This document shows positions 1-12,450 of a stretch of DNA of 64,000 nt, piece after piece (positions within the stretch are counted from its first letter, which is position 1; every line of letters starts with the position of its first letter). The position numbers and the translations under genes were made by a program. The notes below the pieces were generated by a model. It made no database searches. It saw only the letters and a program-made list of their open reading frames with translations, and had not been told where the DNA came from. Source of the stretch: Octopus vulgaris (lineage: Eukaryota); assembly GCA_951406725.2 (NCBI GenBank), contig OX597829.1, forward strand, positions 36,580,001 to 36,644,000. Reading direction: 5' to 3'.

Positions 1-399
1 AGTAATAAACATTCTGAAAATAAATAGAAAAACGGAGAATAGAAATTGAGAGAATTGCAGTCAGAAGAGAAAAAGAAACTGATGAAGATGTTTTATAGCC
101 CCTGACAAAAATGACACTGAAGAATTTAACATAAAATGAAACTGAAACTCAACCTCACAACTGACAGCATGATATCTGTCAGCCGTACAGATTAATAAAA
201 TATTTAACACAAGCACAACTTCAACATACGAAAGGGAAAAGGCACAAATATCTGCATTTAGGCATTTCCAAATGATAGGAAAAGGAAGAAACAGTTGCTA
301 AACAATTGTTTGCTGAACGAAGAAAAATTAGAATGCAAAACAAGGTAAATGATACACTTCTAGAAGTGTGACAACTGTTGTGCACAGAGTGCTGATCCA

Positions 400-990
400 A
401 CTAGACTTGGTTCTTAGTGTTTCAGAGTGCATGGTCAAATCTGTCACTGTACGTTTAATATGTGAACAGATGATAGTGAATAGTAACAGTTTGCACTTAG
501 ACTCCAATTTCTTTTATATTCCTCTTGATGCCTTCTGCTACTGTTCCCTAGGACGCAACAATGATTGACACTATCTTCACATTCTTCCTTTTCCATAGCC
601 AGGCTATTTCGTATTTAAGAGGGTTGTATCTATCTATCTTCTTGACTATTCGTGGATCAAAGGGACATGCAACATCAACTATATATCATATGGGGTGCAC
701 CTTGTCCACCAGCACTTGGTCTGGTCTGTTGTTATCTAGCACCTGCTCTGTTTGGAATGGGAAATCCTTGAGGATTTTGTTAGCATCCGACTCCGCCACT
801 CTCTTCGGTTTGTCCTCATACCACGTCTTGCCTCTCTAGCCCCCACTTTTCGCACAGTTTCCAATGTAGGACTTTCGCTACCTGGTCGTGTGGCCGCAAA
901 TTTGTAGTGGTTTAGAGCAAGTCTAGGGTATTCGTTCGTGATATGGGCAGTGTTTTCATCCACCCTACTGCAGAAGTGTGTAGATCATCA
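400..990 (-). mobile_element. Decayed C-terminus of an R4/Dong-type non-LTR retrotransposon (restriction-like endonuclease)
   Basis: Manual minus-strand translation gives HDQVAKVLHWKLCEKWGL, then NNRPDQVLVDK and IVDVACPFD (RHD and PD-D motifs), with stops and frameshifts. Confidence 0.7.
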
Positions 991-1062
991 TATTGAGTAA
1001 GGATTTCATAGGCTGAATATCAGAGAGGGAGAAGTCAGAGAGATGTAAAAACGAGGGAAATT

Positions 1063-1272
1063 CTGCAATCGAGAAAATTAGTTTATTCCAGTTTGCGAAG
1101 AATAGGGGAAGGATCAGAGTAAAATAGGAATGCGTTAAGTAAATCCAAGATCAAATAATAAATACAAGTAATATCCCGTTGCAACTTCAAATGAGAATAT
1201 TCTATGATAATCCATTGCGAGGAATAGTGGAAGTTGCTAGTTCCAATTTTGAATAGAGAATGAATAAGGGTA
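1063..1272. repeat. ~210-bp dispersed duplicate, copy 1 (copy 2 at 4021-4230)
   Basis: Near-identical sequence ctgcaatcgagaaaattagtt...gaataagggta at both sites; ORFs 1083..1310 and 4041..4328 share their C-terminal peptide. Confidence 0.85.
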
Positions 1273-1291
1273 GAATAGGAATATATTTTAT

Positions 1292-1642
1292 CTATTTCTT
1301 TACTACCCACAAGGGGCTAAACACAGAGGAGACAAACAAGGACAAACAAACGGAATAAGTTGATTACATCGACCCCAGTGCGTAACTGGTACTTTATTTA
1401 TCGACCCCGAAAGGAAGAAAGGCAAAGTCCACCTCAGAGGAATTTGAACTCAGAACGTAACGACAGACGAAATACATGTTTCTTTATTACCTACAAGGGG
1501 CTAAACATACAGGAGACAAACAAGGACAGACAAACGGATTAAGTCGATTACATCGACACCAGTGCGTAACTGGTACTTAATTTATCGACCCCGAAAGGAT
1601 GAAAAGCAAAGTCGACCTCGGCGGATTTTGAACTCGCTGCCT
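1292..1642 (-). mobile_element. tRNA-derived SINE family A, tandem dimer
   Basis: Two head-to-tail units with core GTCGACTTTGCCTTTCATCCTTTCGGGGTCGATAAA and tail GCCCCTTGTGGGTAGTAAAGAAATAG; junction at 1475/1476. Confidence 0.85.
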
Positions 1643-1892
1643 TCGAGAATAGGAATATATATTAAAGTCAAGGGGAAGGACAGACATGTGGACATAATAG
1701 AGTAGATATATACTAATCAGTGTATGAGAGTAGGCGTGTGGAGAGATATTAGGGGGTGCATGTATAAAGACAGATAGATAAAGGGATGAAGAATAACAGA
1801 TGCCAGATGGTGTCAAATGACCACCAAGGCTGACCAGATTTAGCAAAAATGGGAGAGAGGGGTAGTGATGTAATAAAGCGGTTGTAAAAGAT

Positions 1893-2126
1893 AAGGCGGC
1901 GAGCTGGCAGAAACGTTAGCACGCCGGGCAAAATGTGTAGCCCTATTTTGTCTGCGGTTACGTTCTGAGTTCAAATTCCGCCGAGGTCGACTTTGCCTTT
2001 CATCCTTTCGGGGTCGATAAATTAAGTACCAGTTACGCACTGGGGTCGATGTAATCGACTTAATCCGTTTGTCTGTCCTTGTTTGTGTCCTCTGTGTTTA
2101 GCCCCTTGTGGGTAGTAAAGAAATAG
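1893..2126 (+). mobile_element. SINE family A, full length with target-site duplication (TSD)
   Basis: A-box-like TGGCAGAAACGTTAG and B-box-like GTTCAAATTCC; flanking direct repeat GTAAAAGATAA at 1884-1894 and 2130-2140. Confidence 0.9.
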
Positions 2127-2400
2127 TTCGTAAAAGATAATGAAGATCTCAAGCTAAAGGGATCCTGATAATAATGGTTCTAATGCTGCTAAAAATAGAT
2201 ACCCATAATAATGAATGCTAGCGTGACTCGCGAATATTTCACAGAATTATTGGGTTATTTCTGAAATCTTTATCCAAAAACCTGGAAGCGTAGCCTGCAT
2301 TGTGTCGGTATTAAAAAATAGTCGCTCATCTACTATACATTGAAAAGTGAAGGAAATTGGAATATGATGGTTACTTAATGCACTTTATATATAGACATTT

Positions 2401-2819
2401 TGGCAATCACTCGTATTTCGTCTCACAGCTGTCACAAACTTCGTGAATTTCCGTAAATTTTTTTTTATTTACTTTTGTTTTCATGACTTGTTGAGCGCAA
2501 CATTTGCTTTGAAGCCGGAGGAAAGTAAAACAGACGATAGCGCGCGCGCGCATTCACACACACACACAAACACATACGTTGTTCATGACTTGAATAGTAA
2601 AACACACTATTGTATGTATGTATGCAGTGTATATGAAGGATAACAGGTGAACGTGTGTGTGATCGTGTCCCACTGAGTGTACGCGCGCGAGCGTGTTCAA
2701 CTCTAAGCATTTGTATTCACTCACACTCGTACAAACACACACTTATACAGTGAATGTATGTATGTATGTATTTATGCATGTGCATATATATGAAAAATAA
2801 TGGGTATACGTGTGCGCAT

Positions 2820-2850
<31 letters not shown>

Positions 2851-3153
2851 AACGTGTTCAGATTTATGTATTTGTTTTCACACACACATGCATGCGCGCC
2901 CACACACACACACAAACATACGCACAGGTACACGTACGTACATATATGCTTACATATATACATTGGTACAAAAATACATACGTACATTACGTATATTATC
3001 CGAGTGGATGTTTCACTATTCAAGTCATGAACATGAAAGCTAATGAGTGTGTGCGTGCGCGCGCGCGGAATTTGAAAAATTGTTACGGATATTAACGAAC
3101 AACCATTTGTAAAATTATTGACAGTTCTGAAACCAAATACGACTGATTGCCCA
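2401..3153. mobile_element. Degenerate MITE or foldback element with internal CA/GT microsatellites
   Basis: Inverted matches 2401-2460 vs ~3080-3153 (ggcaatcactcgtattt / aaatacgactgattgcc) and 2580-2605 vs 3008-3033 (gttcatgacttgaatagt / actattcaagtcatgaac). Confidence 0.6.
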
Positions 3154-4020
3154 CTTTTTATACATTATTCACAATTTCATAAACTTAATACATAATACTC
3201 TCCCTCTTTCTCAATCACTCTTCGCCTTACCCTTTTTTTCTCTTTCCTTTATCTTTCGTTCTTCGACTTTCCCTTCAGCTAGTCACGTGAAAGCGTTACG
3301 GATGGACTAAGTAACGGAAGGAAAACTTAGCTACAACAATTACATATTTCAATCACCACCACCTCCCCTTCCCCTCCAACTAATCACTTTGGAAGCGTTA
3401 CGGACGGGCAAAGTAACAGACAAGCAAGCAGAATAAAAGAAGATAAAATAAGATAAAATGTGGGATATAAAAAAATAAAATGTTAAAGTTTGCGATGTGA
3501 ATGAAGGTGTATGTTTCATATGTTAAAAATATTTTGAACATTTCAATAAACCGCTTTTCTTTTATCTTTCTCCCAACCTCACTTGTGTCATGTAGTTTGT
3601 GGAAAGGAAAACTTAGAAACATTTTCTGACCACATGGTTCTAACATTTCACTTAATGGCGTTTGTTCAACATTAGTGTTCCAGATTTGTTGTCTTTGAAC
3701 TCGTGAGCGTTCCGATAACATAATTCCTGTTTCACCAATATATAGTTCCTTTAATGCAGATCAAATTTCTCTTTTTGCAGATCAAATTTCTCTTTTTGCA
3801 GTTCATATCTGCATTTGTGAAAATCTGACCATTTTTTTTGTTCTGGATACTGTGAATGTTTCATCTTGTTTGTTCATGTTGAATTTTGCCTTTGTTAATA
3901 GTTTCTTTAGGTTATGTAGTTGCCTTTTGCTTAAGATAAGTGTTTCATTAGTTTTTCTTTTCTATTCTTTTATTTGTTTCAGTCATTTGACTGCGGCCAT
4001 GCTGGAGCACCGCCTTTAGT

Positions 4021-4230
4021 CTGCAATCGAGAAAATTAGTTTATTCCAGTTTGCGAAGAATAGGGGAAGGATCAGAGTAAAATAGGAATGCGTTAAGTAA
4101 ATCCAAGATCAAATAATAAATACAAGTAATATCCCGTTGCAACTTCAAATTAGAATATTCGATGATAATCCATTGCGAGGAATAGTGGAAGTTGCTAGTT
4201 CCAATTTTGAATAGAGAATGAATAAGGGTA
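4021..4230. repeat. ~210-bp dispersed duplicate, copy 2
   Basis: Matches 1063-1272 with a few substitutions. Confidence 0.85.
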
Positions 4231-4470
4231 GTACGGAAATGACACTTCAGTACCAAGTAAAAGAAATATAAGGAAGTAACCTTACCAACACCACATACAC
4301 GAAAACACGTGGGAGCAAAAACAGTCAACCAACCTTAAGGAACTACTGTAAGTACACGTTACCATTTAAAAATACAAAGAAACATACCAACACATGTAAC
4401 ATACAATATATATCTGTGTATATGTGTGTGTGTATGCGTGCGCGTACGTGTGTGTGTGTGTGTGTGTACA

Positions 4471-4796
4471 TTAAGGTGGAGTAAAAAATTTTAAATTGTA
4501 GAAATTGAAAATACCCGAGGTCTAAAATGTTGCTTTATTTGATTACAAGAATAATACGGAATTTTCGCTGATATCAGTTAAGAGTATTTACTCCCTCAAG
4601 TCTCCTAAACCCCGAAAATGGAGGACTTTTGTAAATGTGTTACAATAGCAGAGTTTGGCGGGTTTGAGGGAGTAAATATCCTTGACCGATCTAAGCGAAA
4701 ATTTAGCATTTTTCAAGTAATATAATATATAGCAAGATTTTAGGCTTCAAGCATTTTCAGCTTCCACAGTTTTTTTTTATTTTTGCTCCACCCTAA
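4471..4796. mobile_element. ~325-bp MITE with long terminal inverted repeats (TIRs)
   Basis: Begins TTAAGGTGGAGT and ends GCTCCACCCTAA; internal inverted match tatttactccctcaa / ttgagggagtaaata. Confidence 0.75.
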
Positions 4797-4831
4797 CACA
4801 CATATGTGTTGGTTATATAAATTGTGTAATC

Positions 4832-5154
4832 TAGGATGGAGTGAAAATAAAAAATTATGGAAAATAAAAATTCCTGAGGCCTAAAATCTTGCCCTTTATT
4901 ATTACTACAAAAGTACTAAATTTTCGCTTAGATCATTCAAGAGCATTTACTCCCTCAAACCCTCAAACTCCGCTATTGTAAAGAATTTACAAAATTCCTC
5001 CATTTTCGGAGTTTAATGGGCTTGAGGGAATAAATGCTCTTGATTAAAATCAGCGAAAATTTCGCATTTTTTTTCTAGTAATTAAATATGGCAACATTTT
5101 AGACCTCAAGCATTTTCAATATTTACAATTTTTTTTACTTTCACTCCACCCTAA
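4832..5154. mobile_element. Second copy of the same MITE, opposite orientation
   Basis: TAGGATGGAGTG...CACTCCACCCTAA; its central spacer is the reverse complement of that in 4471-4796. Confidence 0.75.
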
Positions 5155-5173
5155 TATACATATACATAGATAC

Positions 5174-5210
<37 letters not shown>

Positions 5211-5583
5211 GGCGCAGGAGTGGATGTGTGTTAAGTAGCTTGTTTACCAACCACATGGTTCCGGGTTCAGTCCCACTGCGTGGCACCTTGGGCAAGTGTC
5301 TTCTACTATAGCCTCGGGCCGACCAAAGCCTTGTGAGTGGATTTGGTAGATGGAAACTGAAAGAAGCCTGTCGTATATATGTATATATATATGCGTGTGT
5401 GTGTGTGTTTGTGTGTCTGTGTTTATGTCCCCGTTACTTAGCGGTTCGGCAAAAGAGACCGATAGAATAAGTACTGGGCTTACAAAAGAATAAGTCCCGG
5501 GGTCGAGTTGCTCGATTAAAAAAAAAAAGCGGTGCTCCAGCATGGCCGCAGTCAAATGACTGAAACAAGTAAAAGAGTAAAGA

Positions 5584-5585
<2 letters not shown>
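5211..5585 (+). mobile_element. tRNA-derived SINE family B (internal TA/TG microsatellite, AAAAGAGT-repeat tail)
   Basis: GGCGCAGGAGTGG head, GGTTCAGTCCC B-box-like motif, CORE-like CCTTGGGCAAGT; many copies in the window. Confidence 0.85.
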
Positions 5586-5625
<40 letters not shown>

Positions 5626-5831
5626 GTGGAAAGAAACCCGGGGAGAACGTAACAGCAGGTGGTCCTCAGAGGAGAAACCCCCTTTAGGCAAGTGTTTCAG
5701 CCCCTACCTTCTGACACTCTAGTGGAGCGGGCTACATCCGAGTCATGACTCCCGATATGTCCACCTGTTGTCCGTTTTAGTACGCTTAGGTGGGACTAGT
5801 TGATATATATATATACACACACACGCAATAC

Positions 5832-5833
<2 letters not shown>

Positions 5834-5923
<90 letters not shown>
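5834..5923 (+). repeat. (GATA)n microsatellite
   Basis: Perfect tandem GATA. Confidence 0.95.
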
Positions 5924-5924
5924 T

Positions 5925-6227
5925 CTTTTACTTGTTTCAGTCATTTGAATGTGGCCATGCTGGAGCACCGCCTTTAGTCGAGCAAATCGACCCCAGGACT
6001 TATTCCTTGTAAGCCTAGTACTTATTTTATCAGAATCTTTTGCCGAACCGCTAAGTTACGTGGACGTAACACACCAGCACTGGTTGCCAAGCGATATTGG
6101 GAGGACAAACACAAACACACAAACGTATACACACACACATACATACATACATACATACATACATACATACATACACACATACACACATACATACATACAT
6201 ACATACATACATACATACATACATACA

Positions 6228-6262
<35 letters not shown>

Positions 6263-6359
6263 GAATTTTTCTTAAAGTAGTGGAAATAGCTAAAAAACCT
6301 TTTGGCTGCTATTTCTAAAAACTTCAGTATGTGGCAAAGTAATTTATTTTAATAAGCCC

Positions 6360-6416
<57 letters not shown>

Positions 6417-6564
6417 GACGGGCTTCTTTCAGTTTCCGTCTACCAAATCCACTCACAAGTCTTTGGTCGGTCCGAGGCTATAGTAGAAGAGACTTGCCCA
6501 AGGTGCCACGTAGTGGGACTGAACCCGGAACCATGCAGTTGGTAAGCACAGAGCCACTCCTATG

Positions 6565-6568
<4 letters not shown>
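5925..6568 (-). mobile_element. SINE family B with expanded internal (CATA)n/(TA)n and an extra insert
   Basis: Tail at 5925-6120 and head at 6416-6568 are reverse complements of the family B copies at 5211-5585 and 35869-36288. Confidence 0.8.
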
Positions 6569-6609
<41 letters not shown>

Positions 6610-6611
6610 TG

Positions 6612-7008
6612 CATTTGTTTCAGTCATATAATTGCAGCCATGCTGGGGCACTGCTTTGGAGAATTTTAAGTCGAATAAATCGGCACCAGTACTTAAATTT
6701 TTATCTAAACCTCTTATTCTATCGTACTTATTCTATCGTACTTATTCTATAAGTTATGGGGACGTAAACAGACTAACACCGGTTGGTTAGTAGTGATAGG
6801 GAACAAACCTAAACACAAAAACACACACACATACACACACACGAGAACACACACACACATATGTGTACGATGAGCTTATTCCAGTTTCCGCCAACCGAAT
6901 AAACTCACAAGGATTTGGTCGGCACGAGGCTGTAGAAGAAGATGCTTACTCAAGGTGCTATGCTGTGGGACTGCAGCCAAAACCATGTTGTTAGAAAGCA
7001 AGCTTCTT
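6612..7008 (-). mobile_element. Older SINE family B copy, with a family A dimer inserted in its head
   Basis: Diverged match to family B; head resumes at ~7428 (cttcttaccac) after the SINE A insertion. Confidence 0.7.
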
Positions 7009-7427
7009 ATTTCTTTATTGCCCACAAAGGGCTAAACATAGAGGGGACAAACAAGGACAGACAAACGGATTAAATCGATTAGATTGACATCAGTACGTAA
7101 CTGGTACTTAATTTATCGACCCCGAAAGGATGAAAGGCAAAGTCGACCCCGGCAGAATTTGAACTCAGAACGTAACGGCAGACAAAATACCTATTTCTTT
7201 ACTACCCACAAGGGGCTAAACACAGGGGGGGGGACAAACAAGGAAAGACAAACGGATTAAGTCGATTATATCGACCCCAGTGCGTAACTGGTACTTATTT
7301 AATCGGCCCCGAAAGGATGAAAAGCAAAGTCGACCTCGGCGGAATTTGAACTCTGGACGTAGCGGTAGACGAAATACCACAAAGCATTTCGCCCGGCGTG
7401 CTAACGCTTCTGCCAGCTCGCCGCCTT
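7009..7427 (-). mobile_element. SINE family A tandem dimer
   Basis: Two units with junction at 7190/7191; short flanking duplication CTTCTTA. Confidence 0.85.
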
Positions 7428-7936
7428 CTTACCACATGCCAATGCCCGTACCTATGTGTGTGTGGGGGAGGGGGTTAACCATTGTGGTATAAGCTCATAA
7501 AGCTCTGATAAGATTCTGCCCCATATAGTTGAAAATGATGACTAATTCTTGGCATATGAGCCTTCCCAAACGCTTAGAATTACTAATCACCAAGGGTCAT
7601 GAACCGAACCATACATGTAGGTATTTGGCATCTGCCATTTCTTTTAGAGCTTTATAATTTATAATATATTTGTATTGTATTTATTAAAAAAAAATTTCAA
7701 CCTTATTATATCATACGAATAAATTATTCATACATCCATAATTCTCCATTTTCGTTTTTCATCATTATGAACAATATGTATTACTATAATAATTACTATA
7801 ATAATTACGATAATCGTTGACTCTGTTATCGGAGCAGCATTATTTTTCTTTGTTTCTTTGTGCGCATGTGTGTGTGTCAGTATGCCTGTGTATACACATA
7901 TGTATGTATGTGTATGTATGTATGCGTGTATGTGTC

Positions 7937-8307
<371 letters not shown>

Positions 8308-8759
8308 GCGTGTGTGTACGTTTGTATGTATGTATTCTGTATATTCATGTGTTTGTGAGTTCATGTTTGTATGTTTGTGTGTGTATTTGTGCGCGTATCT
8401 CTTTGTGCATGTTTGAGTGTTTCTATGTATATGGGTTTTGTTACTATGTACGTCTGTCTGTTATGTATATGTGCGTACCTTTGTGTGTCGTTGTGTGTAT
8501 GCGTATAGGAAGTGTGTGAAGTGTGTTAAATGTGTATTAGTCATCTTTTATGTGTGTATGTATGTGTGCTTGTCTGTCCGTATTACCTATGTACATATCT
8601 ACTTATCATTCAGTTTGCTTACATATCCATTTACGTATTTATATATATATATATATACGTCTACATAACAGCCTACTAACAAATCTACCTGTGTATGAAT
8701 AAACTGTTGATATTGGAGTATCACTACCTTCTACGTATATCTATGTAGTACTGGGGATG

Positions 8760-9150
8760 TTCCATTTACGAGGACGTACTCCTGCATTTGTCTGAGTGTT
8801 GGATTCTCCGGGCGCTTGGATAAAATGCGGATGTCAAGTCGACTCAGTGTACCCCCACGTTGGTCTTTGGCAAGTTGGAAGAGTATTGAGGACTGTTTTT
8901 TGTCGGCATATTGTCTTAAATATTTATTTATCTCTCCGCAATACCTCTAGATGTCTCACCATTGTATGTCATTTTCTTGTCTTTACAAGCACTTTCTAGA
9001 TACCTTATTCTGTAGACTACATTTCTGGTCCTACAGTTAATGCCAGGTTTAATATTACATACTATGCAGTTCTCATTGATGCATGTGATATTCTCAAACG
9101 GGTACGTCCTACATAATTGTAACCTGGAGGAGCTCCCTGGCTCCGTCAGA
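8760..9150 (-). mobile_element. Penelope-like element remnant, GIY-YIG endonuclease region
   Basis: ORF 8928..9308 ends CIVC...NCRTRNVVYRIRY...C...TYNGETSRGIAER (VVY / YxGET motifs of Penelope-type endonucleases). Confidence 0.75.
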
Positions 9151-9307
9151 GAGACAGACAGACAGACAGAAGGAAAAGCATATACACGGTATGCAATTAA
9201 AGTAGGAAAATATACATAGTATACCACACTAAGAAAAATTAATAATAAATGTGTGTGTATGTGTGTGTACATACACACATTTATACATACATACATAAAT
9301 ATATACA

Positions 9308-9348
<41 letters not shown>

Positions 9349-9383
9349 TTCTATATACATATAGATATGTATATATATGTATA

Positions 9384-9440
<57 letters not shown>

Positions 9441-9443
<3 letters not shown>

Positions 9444-9597
9444 TAAAAACGGTAAGGTAACAAAAGAAAGAAAGAGACCTCAATATTATGTAAATTGAGG
9501 AATCTATCTGTAAAATAATATGTGACAATTATTCATTAGCCAAGATAAAACTCTGAGTTTCGGATGCCGAGGTGGAAATCCACACCACCATCTCTTC

Positions 9598-9602
<5 letters not shown>
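9441..9602 (-). mobile_element. Penelope-type terminal repeat fragment with a mutated hammerhead motif
   Basis: Reverse complement of 24110-24260; reads CCGAAGA GATG...CATC C GAAA CTCAGAG TT TTATC. Confidence 0.6.
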
Positions 9603-9640
<38 letters not shown>

Positions 9641-9644
<4 letters not shown>

Positions 9645-9749
9645 TTACCTGGCACAGGGGTAAACCATGATCATCAAGGTGGTTCTCCCAGAGTGAGGCC
9701 CTTCCATTGCACTCCGGTTGGGTTGACCTTTGCGAGCGCCCCAAATGTG
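9641..9749 (+). pseudogene. U1: U1 snRNA copy, 3'-truncated (no Sm site or stem-loop IV)
   Basis: ATACTTACCTGGCA 5' end, ATGATCATCAAGGT (stem-loop I), CCATTGCACTCCGG (U1A-binding loop), CCCCAAATGTG (stem-loop III); upstream is (TA)n rather than an snRNA promoter. Confidence 0.9.
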
Positions 9750-10354
9750 TGTTATATTAATTATCTTTTTTAATAATTTTGATATATATTTAAATAATAT
9801 AAATTAATTAATCTTATGTATTGGCTTTAATTTTTCATTGTATGATTTGCCTAATAGTGGTTTTATCTCTAATTTAATATAATATATATATATATAGCCA
9901 AGTAGGCGAAGATAGAGAGATCGAGATATGTACGTACACACATTCACATCTATAAGTTCTGTAATGCTTAACAACAAACGACACAGTTAAATAGGGAGAA
10001 CTCAATACTTACAGAGTGAATATATGTATTTATACAATACGTATAGTCATGTCTTTAGCGAACCCGCGTATTTGCGCATACACACACGTGAACGTACACA
10101 TATTAAAGTGTAGTTGTATTCAGTTGTTACACAGGCAACATGCAAACTGGGTAATACATTTAAAATGGCATTCACTAGTTGTAAAATCAATACATGACTA
10201 CTTCTGCTAAGTCTTACCATCGATTTACTCTTCCTCATTAATTAGTTGTAAAGATAGCAATTATTATTGTTATTAATATTAATACTATTGTTTTAATAGC
10301 AATTATTATATTTTTTTATTTGCTATAAGGCTGCAGCGCAAGAAGAGTATACCA

Positions 10355-10502
10355 CGCGCGCACACTTACACACGCGCACACTTACATATACCCACACTTA
10401 CACACACACACACTTACACACACACACACACTTACACACACACACACACTTACACACACACACACTTACACACACACACACTTACACACACATACTTACA
10501 CA

Positions 10503-10534
<32 letters not shown>

Positions 10535-10583
10535 TACTTACACACACACACACTTACACACACACACACTTACACACACACAC

Positions 10584-10629
<46 letters not shown>

Positions 10630-11025
10630 TTACACACACACACACACACGCTCACACACACACACATACTTACACACACACACACTTACACACACATACT
10701 TACACACACACACACACACTTACACACACACACACACACTTACACACACACACACACTTACACACACACACACTTACACACAAACTTACACACACATACA
10801 CTTACACACACACACACTTACACACACACACACTTACACACACACACTTACACACACCCACACTTACATACACACACACTTACACACACACTTACACACA
10901 CACACACTTACACACACACACACACACACACTTACACACACACACTTACACACACACACTCACACTTACACACACACACTTACACACACACACTTACACA
11001 TACACACATTTACACACACACACAC

Positions 11026-11059
<34 letters not shown>

Positions 11060-11130
11060 ACACACACACACACACGCACACTTACACACACACATACTTA
11101 CACACACACACGCACACACGCTCACACATG
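10355..11130 (+). repeat. Long compound (CA)n tract punctuated by CTTA
   Basis: Directly visible. Confidence 0.95.
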
Positions 11131-11664
11131 TATGCAATACGCACATACGCACCCAAATATTAAACATTGTTCTAACTAAAATATTTGTACATTTTGCAAT
11201 AAAGTTTCAATAGAATAGCAACAATTAATAAAATATAAAAGATAAACACACTGTACCCCCCATGGCTAGGCGTTATTTTAGCTTTGTTTTTCTTTTTCTT
11301 TTTGTTTCCCCTTTTTTTATATATATAATTTTTTTTCCATTGCCGGTGTCATTGTATATTTTTTTAATTAGCTAAATAGGGAGTGCAGCCATGCGTAACC
11401 ATGTGGTTGACTGGTTTTTTTGTTGGTTGGCTTGGAGGGCGAGCTGGCTGCTGTCTGGCAGGATGGGTGGATGGATGGATGGATGGTTGGATGGAGGGAT
11501 AAATGGATCAATGGATGTTAGAATGAAAAGGCAAATGAGGAAGGAGTAAGGAGGGGGGGCTGATGTGATGTGGTTTGGCTGTGGGTGGCTGATTGAGGCA
11601 GTGATGTGCTTTACTGCTTTGCTAATCAGCAAGTAAATCTGTAATAAAATATTGCAGCGTTTTA

Positions 11665-12450
11665 CGTGCTAGTGGTGGGGGTGGGGTGGGGTGGGTGTTG
11701 GGTGGAGTGGGGTAGGGAGTGTAGCGATAGACTTTTGTTGATGTCATTGTTAGCGTTGTTAGCAAGGATCGTGGTGGTGGTGCTGGTGCTGGTGCTAGTG
11801 GTGGTGCTAGTGGTGGTGGTGGTGCTGCTGCTGCTGGTTCTGGTGGTGGTGGTGGTGGTGGTGGTGTCGGTGCTGGTGCTGGTGGTGGTGGTAGTGTCGG
11901 TGCTGGTGCTGGTGGTGGTGCTGGTGGTGGTGCTGGTGGTGGTGGTGGTGGTGCTGGTGCTGGTGGGGGGGGGGGGGTTGTATCGATAGACTTTTGTTGA
12001 TGTCATTGTTAGTGTTGTTAGCAAGGATCGTGATGGTGGTGGTGGTGGTGGTGGTGATGGTGCTGGTGGTGCTGGTGCTGGTGCTGGTGCTGGTGCTGCT
12101 GTTGCTGCTGGTGCTAGTGCTGATGCTGATGGTGGTGCTAGTGCTGGTGCTGATGGTGGTGGTGGTGGTGGTGCTGATGCTGGTGGTGGTGGTGCTGGTA
12201 ATGGTGGTGGTGCTGGTGGTGGTGCTGGTAGTAGTGGTGGTGGTGGTGCTGCTGCTGCTGCTGCTGGTAGTGGTGGTGCTGGTGCTGGTGATGCTGGTGG
12301 TGCTGGTGGTGCTGGTGGTGCTGGTGGTGGTGCTGGTAGTGGTGGTGGTGGTGGTGGTGCTGCTGCTGCTGCTGGTAGTGGTGGTGCTGGTGCTGGTGAT
12401 GCTGGTGGTGCTGGTGGTGCTGGTGGTGCTGGTATTCGTCGTCGTCGTTC
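11665..12450 (+). repeat. G-rich (GGT/GCT)n trinucleotide array with a duplicated ~45-bp unique spacer
   Basis: gatagacttttgttgatgtcattgttag...gcaaggatcgt occurs at ~11726 and ~11985. Confidence 0.9.

Noticed and set aside
9641-9749. Functional U1 snRNA gene
   Set aside because: Lacks the Sm site, stem-loop IV and 3' box; upstream is (TA)n
10355-11130. CRISPR-like repeat-spacer array (also 20644-20979)
   Set aside because: The intervening sequence is only variable-length (CA)n, the context is eukaryotic, and there are no cas genes
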